This document shows positions 59,501 through 64,000 of a stretch of DNA of 64,000 nucleotides, one piece after another (position 1 is the stretch's first letter; each line of letters begins with the position of its first letter). Position numbers and translations under genes: made by a program. The DNA is from Camelus ferus (Eukaryota). The notes under the pieces are model-generated. The model searched no databases. It saw only the letters and a list, made by a program, of their open reading frames with translations, and had not been told where the DNA came from. The stretch lies in the NCBI RefSeq assembly GCF_009834535.1, contig NC_045716.1, forward strand, positions 28,458,001-28,522,000, given 5' to 3'.

Positions 59501-61344
59501 GAGCACAGGATTGGTCCTGAGATGGCGCCTAGGGAACAGCGCGGGCTGCTGGGGCCCATGTCCTCACACCTCCGGCTGCAGGTTCAAGTCGCTGACTCAC
59601 TGCTGAGGTCGACGGTAGCTCTTGTGGGCGGGGGCTCCTCTGCTCTGCCCGCAGCTCCCGTCAGCTCCTGCCCCGCCTCTGGTGCATTCTGCGTCCTCTC
59701 TGCGGCCCGTGTGACTGTCCATGTGTATCTCCATGCCATCAGCCGTGACGCTTAGCATCAAAGCCCCGGTTTCCAGGCAGTCCCCCCCACCCCCGCCCTC
59801 TGCCAGGCGCCGCGCTGGGTGTCGCGTGCCTTGTGTCCCTGGTGGTTGCTTGAAGAACGGGGCCTGCAGGCCAGGCAGGTTGTCCACGCTGAGCCTGGTG
59901 ACCAGGTGGCCGGCAGGGTGACCAGCAGTCCTGTGAGGACTTAATCCTGGTTCACAACAAGTCCCAGTTTGGCCCAGAGTTTGGAAACGTGAGTCCTGGA
60001 GGAGGCGCAGCCCCCGTTCTCCCCAGGCCCCTCCAGCTCTTGTCCTGAGCCGTGGCCACGGCCTGGACACTGCTGGTTTCACACGGTGGTGACCACAGAG
60101 GCAGGGCCGCTCTGAAGATGGACAGAGAGGGCACGAGGCCTGCAGGGAGCCCACAGAACTTGCGGTAGGGGTCTGGCCGATGGGAGGAGTGGGCTCCGGG
60201 GAGCAGCCGTGGGGAGGGCAGCGAGCGCCAGCCTGGGCAGGGGGCGGGCACAGGACGTCTGTGCCTGGCCTTGTTCTGCATTCCCGCCCCACTGTCTCCT
60301 GCTTGAGGCACAGGTCTCCTGCTGTGTTTTGAGGACCAGAGGGAAGAGGGGTCGTCTCCATCAGAGTGTGGGTCCCTCCCACCCCCGGCCCCACATCCCT
60401 GGCCCAGCCCACACCTTGCTACTTGCTCCTGGGTTCAGACCGCCTCTTCCAGTGTTTCAAGGGGAGGGGCCTGCAGCCCACCAGGTAGGGCTGGAGCCTC
60501 CTCTCTCTCCTCTCTCCAGTCCACTTCCCTGTTGCAGAAACTCCCTGTCTGTCCTTCCACCAGCCCAGGCCCTCCCGTGGGCTGAGGGGGATGGCTCGGA
60601 CAAGGCCTGTGCTGAGTCCCTTGTCTGAAGCAGGGAGACACCGCTAAGGGGACGCCATGTTGTGTGTCACTGACATTTGCACATAGAAGGCGCAGCCTCA
60701 GGCTGCAGAGCTGGAGCGCCGGCCCCCTAGGACTCTCTCTGCCTCCTCCTCAGTGTCACCCTCCGGCCCCTCCAGCCCAGATTCCTGCCAAGGCAGCTGG
60801 TACCCCGCCTCTGAGAGCCCGATCTTTGTGATGCCGTCTTTGACCAGCAGCTTAGGGGGTTCTGAAGAGACTCCATGCCTGAGTCTGGGGCCCATTCTTG
60901 TGGTTGAGACTGATGATCAGTGACTTGTTCCACAACTGTATTTTTCCTTTCAGTTACTTAAGAGCTGTGGACATGCCGCCCCCTTGGAGGGTATCCCCAG
61001 GGAGAAGCACGGGTGGGAATGGGAAACAGGCCGCAGGAGCCAGGGAGCACGCGTTGAGGGCATGGGCACAGGGAGGGACCGTGGCCCCAGGTTTGTTGGA
61101 GCTGCTGGGAGCGGCTGGGGTCCTGGGAGGGTCTCCTCCCAGAGCAGGGCTGACCCCAGCTTGGGGGTGTGTCTGTGGTGCTTGAAAACAACCGGTGCCT
61201 CGTGAGCAGTGAGCGGCCTGGGCGTGCATGGTGGGTCCTTTGATGGAAAGCGCCCTCTCTCCCCTCTTGCAGACGGCCGACTCCCTGCAGCCCACCCTGC
61301 AGCCCGAGATGCAGCTTGAGCACGGAGCCATCCAGATCCAGTGA
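8846..61344 (+). CDS. BANP: BANP / SMAR1 (BTG3-associated nuclear protein, BEN-domain TF), spliced CDS join(8846-8915,12251-12342,13240-13439,26184-26300,27517-27689,35042-35281,40652-40819,44480-44610,46167-46229,47835-47873,58507-58650,61273-61344), 502 aa
   Basis: Exon lengths sum to 1509 nt in one open frame, with GT-AG at every junction and matching phases. The protein runs MMSEQDLADVVQIAVEELSPDHP...EDYPNGTWLGDENNPEMRVRC...LQPEMQLEHGAIQIQ*, which I recognise as BANP. Confidence 0.98.
11245..11305 (+). mobile_element. MIR core fragment
   Basis: gctgtgtgaccctggtcaagtcacttgacctctctg matches the recalled MIR core (tgtgtgaccttgggcaagtcacttaacctctctg). Confidence 0.7.
12251..12342 (+). CDS. 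BANP: BANP exon 3 (VVLENHVVTDDDEPALKRQRLEISCQDPSIK), contains the NLS-like KRQR
   Basis: acceptor tgacttccag|TT; donor AAG|gtatgg; 92 nt. Confidence 0.96.
12827..12843 (+). promoter_or_regulatory. CTCF-consensus site in intron 3
   Basis: TGGCCACTAGGTGGCAG is 14/14 to CCASYAGRKGGCRS and has the TGG 5' flank. Motif only; binding untested. Confidence 0.6.
13240..13439 (+). CDS. BANP: BANP exon 4 (SFLYSINQTICLRLDNIEAKLHALEATCKSLEEKLDLV...CNKVR), coiled-coil region
   Basis: acceptor cttctcttcactgccag|TCA; donor ATG|gtaaga; 200 nt. Confidence 0.96.
14440..14620. mobile_element. AT-rich hAT-Charlie-like DNA transposon fragment
   Basis: tgtaatgccttaactgtaacgtaaggagaaataaaagg...aaataatatgcatt resembles recalled Charlie-family internal sequence; subfamily uncertain. 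Confidence 0.4.
14858..15036 (-). mobile_element. MER20 (hAT-Charlie MITE)
   Basis: tgacatt...ggggaggctgtcctgtgccttgaagg...ggcctctgcc matches the recalled reverse complement of MER20. Confidence 0.65.
21408..21832 (-). mobile_element. Solo LTR of ERV1 (class I) type
   Basis: TG...CA termini; 4-bp TSD tggg (21404-21407) / cggg (21833-21836); minus-strand AATAAA (tttatt at 21455-21460) in a U3/R-like context. Confidence 0.7.
21940..23405 (+). mobile_element. L1MC-type 3' fragment (ORF2 C-terminus plus 3' UTR), strongly GC-shifted
   Basis: gaaatagacc..., aaacggatcacagat...gtaaaactataaaact, ttatcccagagaagtggacgctcatgttcacacaaaacc and cttgctattgtgctgcagtttac follow the L1 3' order. Confidence 0.7.
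23412..23820 (-). mobile_element. MLT2 (ERVL) LTR
   Basis: Starts tgtgtctgtcagggttccgccagagaagcagaacca and ends gactttaatcacatctgcac...agcctgggcc...tgaca, as in the recalled reverse complement of MLT2. Confidence 0.7.
23470..23499. repeat. (GACA)n microsatellite inside the MLT2 LTR
   Basis: gagacagacagacagacagacagacagaca. Confidence 0.9.
26184..26300 (+). CDS. BANP: BANP exon 5 (117 nt, 39 codons, phase 2-2 symmetric)
   Basis: acceptor ttttgttccctag|C; encodes VVPQTTVILNSDRQSAIVAKTEDPLGSRAPEPLENILS; donor CAA|gtcagt. Confidence 0.93.
26521..26541. repeat. (TCTG)n microsatellite about 220 nt downstream of exon 5
   Basis: tctgtctgtctgtctgtctgt. Confidence 0.85.
27517..27689 (+). CDS. BANP: BANP exon 6 (AVPGRRQNTIVVKVPGQEDGHEDGESGSEASDS...VTLITLNSE)
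   Basis: acceptor tttctgtttcccgctcag|C; donor AAG|gtgcgc; 173 nt. Confidence 0.96.
28780..29160 (-). mobile_element. L1M (L1MB-like) 3' fragment, antisense
   Basis: ttgagatctaatttacttaccatgaaattgaccgttttaaag and gacggacgcttggttgcttccgctttggggctgtt...ggagtggctgggtc match the antisense L1 3' end. Confidence 0.7.
35042..35281 (+). CDS. BANP: BANP exon 7, N-terminal part of the BEN domain
   Basis: acceptor ccctccctctttcag|AG; encodes EDYPNGTWLGDENNPEMRVRCAIIPSDMLHISTNCRTAEKMALTLLDYLFHREVQAVSNLSGQGKHGKKQLDPLTIYGIR; donor GGT|gtaagt; 240 nt. Confidence 0.97.
40652..40819 (+). CDS. BANP: BANP exon 8, C-terminal part of the BEN domain plus R/S-rich segment
   Basis: acceptor gtgtcctgcag|GT; encodes CHLFYKFGITESDWYRIKQSIDSKCRTAWRRKQRGQSLAVKSFSRRTPSSSSYGAA; donor CAG|gtgcgc; 168 nt. 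Confidence 0.97.
43479..43626 (-). mobile_element. Camelid tRNA-derived SINE (vic-1 type)
   Basis: Reverse complement GGGAGGGTTAGCTCGGTGGTAGAG...GGGTTCAATCCCCTGTACCTCC...AAACCTAATTACCCC plus A-rich tail; Pol III A and B boxes; degenerate TSD cgtgaattta / cgtgagctta. Confidence 0.85.
44480..44610 (+). CDS. BANP: BANP exon 9 (ETMMSTPPPASEMQQPPPQALHYALANAQQVQIHQIGEDGQVQV)
   Basis: acceptor catttctccgcag|AG; donor GTA|gtacgt; 131 nt. Confidence 0.94.
46167..46229 (+). CDS. BANP: BANP exon 10 (GHLHIAQVPQGEQVQITQDSE), phase 0-0
   Basis: acceptor ...atcccacag|GGC; donor GAG|gtgagt; 63 nt. Confidence 0.94.
47835..47873 (+). CDS. BANP: BANP exon 11 (GNLQIHHVGQDGQ), phase 0-0
   Basis: acceptor ttttctcatccacctcgtag|GGC; donor CAG|gtaggt; 39 nt. 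Confidence 0.94.
52465..52478 (-). promoter_or_regulatory. CTCF-like site in intron 11
   Basis: Reverse complement is CCGCCAGGTGGCAG. Motif only. Confidence 0.45.
56067..56598. repeat. GC-rich minisatellite, 19 x 28 bp (GCAGGCGTGGGCACGCCGGGAGAGCCAG)
   Basis: Exact 28-nt period over 532 nt; variant bases seen only in unit 1 (56084) and unit 17 (56532, 56535); no spacers. Confidence 0.97.
58507..58650 (+). CDS. BANP: BANP penultimate exon (VLQGAQLIAVASSDPAATGVDGSPLQGSDIQVQYVQLAPVTDHTTAAQ), phase 0-0
   Basis: acceptor tgctttgtgtgtgcag|GTG; donor CAG|gtgggt; 144 nt. Confidence 0.95.
61273..61344 (+). CDS. BANP: BANP last exon coding part (TADSLQPTLQPEMQLEHGAIQIQ*)
   Basis: acceptor ctctctcccctcttgcag|ACG; TGA at 61342-61344. 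Confidence 0.96.
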   Translation, partial: TADSLQPTLQPEMQLEHGAIQIQ

Positions 61345-61866
61345 GGTGGCCAGCTGGCCAGACAGGACCCGAGATGGGGCCGCCACCGGCTCCCACCACC
61401 ACACCGTTCGTTCCACACGTGCCCGGCCCCTCGGCTTCGCAGGAGGCGGCTGCGCGTGTCCTGCTGGAGGGCGTCTGGGTGCCCCGCCCGCGGGGGAGAG
61501 CGTCCAGGAACACCCCGCAGCGCCCCCGGGGCCCCGTTCCTTGAGCACCTGCCGTGCCCGGAGCGGGAGCAGAAGCACAGCGCGGTCGCATCAGTGCACG
61601 CGGGAAATCGAGAACTACAATATTTTTCTCTGTTCAGACAGCTTTTTTTAATTTGCTATGGTGTTTATAACAAAAAAGAAAATTGAAAAAAAAGTGGAGG
61701 AGCAGAAGCCCTTTGCTGTGCGCTCTCCCAGTGTAACGAGAACAGGTATCTGCCGAAGACGACTAACGATTTTGATGGCAATCCCGCTTCCTGCTTTTCT
61801 AGGGGGACCTCCCAGCACTGTAGCTGTGCGTTTCTAATGAAATAAATGTATTTATGACCACCGCAG
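61345..61866 (+). other. BANP: BANP 3' UTR (end approximate)
   Basis: Runs from the stop codon to about 20 nt past the first AATAAA. Confidence 0.7.
61841..61846 (+). terminator. Canonical poly(A) signal AATAAA of BANP
   Basis: First canonical hexamer after the stop codon (ctaatgaAATAAAtgtattt), about 500 nt downstream. Confidence 0.75.
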
Positions 61867-62559
61867 CTGTCACGTGAGTCCCTCTTAGGAGCCGGCCCCC
61901 GAGCCCGGCCTCCCCCGTGGGCGCCTGGAGTCACCGCTGGGCCCTGCAGCGGCCCCCCCGTAGTTGCATCGGGTCCTGGCAGTCATGTGACGGGGCCTGG
62001 GGTGCAGAGGGCTGCCCGGTGGACCCAGCACCCCTGGAGGCAGGCAGGCCCTCCAAGTGGGGGCCCCAGAAGTGAACTGTGCTGTTGAGGGGCACTGCCT
62101 GTTCCAGCCCCAGACAGTCCCCACTGTGGGGACCTGAGGGAGCATGCCTAGGAGGGAGGCATCTCTGGTCTCGTGCCCGCTTGCAGCCTCCCGGGGTGGG
62201 GCCTCCCTCATCCAGGAGAAGCCGTTCTCCAGGGGATGGACCTGAGGAAGGACCAGTCACGTGGCTGGAAGGAGGCGGCCTCGTTAACTCGTGTCTGGAA
62301 TCCTGGGAGGAGAGACGCACAAAGGATTCAGGAGGTGGAATACATCCCAAGTAGAAGTAAAAAGGAAGCCATAGCCGGACACACACGCAGGGCATTAAAG
62401 GCAAAGATAGTCTAAAAGCAGCCAGAGAGGAAGGACGGCCCACCCACGGCGGGAGGAGGGAACCGAGGCCGACTCCCAGCACCCACTGGGCGTCAGCAGC
62501 AGAGGTGGAGCCAACAAGGCGCTGAGAGAGACGGGGTTCCCTGCACAGCACCTTCAGTG

Positions 62560-63120
62560 GAACAGGTGTTGAGGTTCCCGTTTGACCCAGCAGTTCCCCT
62601 CCCTGGTGTGCACCCGGGAGGACTGAAAGCTCGCATCCACATGCACATGCACAGCAGCGTTCAGGCGGCACTGTTCGTGGAGCCAGGAGTCGAAACAGCT
62701 GAGCGTCATCAGTGGTGGAGGGGTAAGCAACCTGTGGTCCATCCACACAACAGTGTGGCTCAGCTGTGGAGAGGAGGGCAGTCCCGCCATGCCCCGCAGT
62801 GGGCAAACCTGGAACACAGATGGGTCCTGTTTACAGGGAACGTCCAGAACCCGCAAATCCATGGACACAAAGCAGATGAGGGGTTGCCGGGGTGGGAGGA
62901 GGGGAAAAGGGGAGTGACTTACTGCATACGGGTTTCTTTTTGTTTTTTATTTATTTTTTAAATGTTTTGTTGTTTTACAGGTTTTCTTTTTGAAGGGATG
63001 AAAATGTTCTGGAATTAGTGGTGATGTTGGCGCAACTCTGTAGATTGACTAAAAGTCACTGAATTGCGTACTCGAAAGGGGGATTTTTTTTATGTAAATT
63101 ATATCTCAAAGTTACTAAAA
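62560..63120 (+). mobile_element. L1MB-type 3' end
   Basis: gacccagcagttcccctccctgg..., gatgaaaatgttctggaattagtggtgatgttggcgcaactctgt...tgtaaattatatctcaa. Confidence 0.8.
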
Positions 63121-63398
63121 ATAAAGAATTGGGAAACGTTTCAGAAACCATTTTCAAACAGTAAAGGTGCTATCTGCACACGATCCCTCCTACAAAGGTA
63201 CTTGTAAGGCAGCTTCTTCAGAAGCAGGAATAGGGGCCCAGGAGGAGGTGTTGAGAGCAGAAGGAGTGGGGAAGAAACAGCAGTGAGCCCGCAGGTGTAT
63301 CCGGTGCTCTGGGTAAAGTGCCTCACACTGACGTTTTTAGAAATGGTAAAATACTGGAAAATACTGCTCAGGAAAGGAGCTACATTTTTTTTAAGTTG

Positions 63399-63552
63399 AT
63401 TTTTTTTTTTTAATTTTAAAAATGTATTTATTTGTGGGGGGAGGTAATTAGGTCTGTTTATTTTATTTATTTTTAGAGGAGGTACTGGGGATTGAACCCA
63501 GGACCTCATGCATGCTAAGCATGCGCTCCACCACCTGAACTATACCCTCCCC
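63399..63552 (-). mobile_element. Camelid tRNA-derived SINE (vic-1 type), near consensus
   Basis: Reverse complement GGGGAGGGTATAGTTCAGGTGGTGGAGCGCATGCTTAGCATGCATGAGGTCCTGGGTTCAATCCCCAGTACCTCC...CCTAATTACCTCCCCC plus poly(A); possible degenerate TSD ttttaagttgattt / ttctaaattgtttt. Confidence 0.88.
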
Positions 63553-63589
63553 CTTCTAAATTGTTTTAAAGCCCCCTTTTCTTGCCCTG

Positions 63590-63940
63590 GAGGAAAAAGA
63601 TCAAGATACTGTACAATTTTAAGACATCAAAGTCAGTGTTCATGACAAATGTTTAAGAAACACAGCATGTAAAAAATCAGTAAGATGTGTGACGTCCAGA
63701 TGGCGTGACGGGCTCCCTTGACGCCGTTGGCGCGTGGAGCTGCATCTCGCGACCACGGAGCTCGCGCTCTGTTCTTCACGCTGCTCTTTGGAGCTTTGTC
63801 CAGGTCAGCCACGTGCCAGACCATGAAAAAGGTCACGTAGATCAAAATGGAAAGATGTTTTTAATGGACAATTCAGTATGACAAACTGACGTATCAAAAC
63901 TTGTGGAACACGTCCAAAGTTGTGCTTAGAGAAAACTTTG
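63590..63940 (+). mobile_element. LINE-1 ORF2 relic (endonuclease C-terminus / linker)
   Basis: acgtatcaaaacttgtggaacacgtccaaagttgtgcttagagaaaacttt = TYQNLWNTSKVVLRENF (compare L1 TYQNLWDxAKAVLRGKF); upstream aaaatcagtaag...gaccatg follows L1 endonuclease order. Confidence 0.75.
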
Positions 63941-64000
63941 TGTCTCCTTCAGGTATATTCCCTGAAGTGGCACTGCTGGACCATACGGTGGTTCTGGCTT

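Noticed and set aside
63686-63815. CpG-rich cluster with TGACG half-sites, CACGTG and a BANP-like TCTCGCGA (63745-63752), suggesting autoregulation
   Set aside because: The segment aligns to L1 ORF2 endonuclease sequence that drifted to GC. The match to TMTCGCGAGA is only 8/10, and BANP binding needs unmethylated promoter sites.
333-63845. Hundreds of 60-330 aa ORFs in the supplied track
   Set aside because: They are P/G/R/A-rich, overlapping and present on both strands, as expected from stop-codon scarcity in GC-rich intron DNA. Only those overlapping BANP exons or L1 relics have recognisable content.

Overview
This window is mammalian genomic DNA, very probably from a camelid: it carries two copies of the camelid vic-1-type tRNA-derived SINE. 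It holds almost the whole BANP (SMAR1, BEN-domain transcription factor) gene on the + strand. I reconstructed 12 coding exons by hand (8846-61344). All have GT-AG boundaries and matching phases, giving a 1509-nt CDS (502 aa plus stop), followed by a 3' UTR and an AATAAA at 61841. The promoter and non-coding exon 1 appear to lie upstream of the window. Introns are GC/CpG-rich and contain old L1, LTR and DNA-transposon relics, a 19 x 28-bp palindromic minisatellite and several AT-rich islands. Nearly all ORFs in the supplied track are spurious GC-rich frames. I found no CRISPR array, operon-like system or intact mobile element, so this is a known gene rather than a clearly new system. The best leads concern splicing and regulation: a lost tandem acceptor (CAG>CGG) removing an IPQ isoform, a YAG|GTAAGT recursive-type site, candidate NMD poison exons in AT-rich islands, a candidate intronic poly(A) site yielding a BEN-less protein, convergent CTCF motifs, and a probable dead orthologue of a human cassette exon. 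Human/mouse and repeat-consensus comparisons are from memory, not from a database search.
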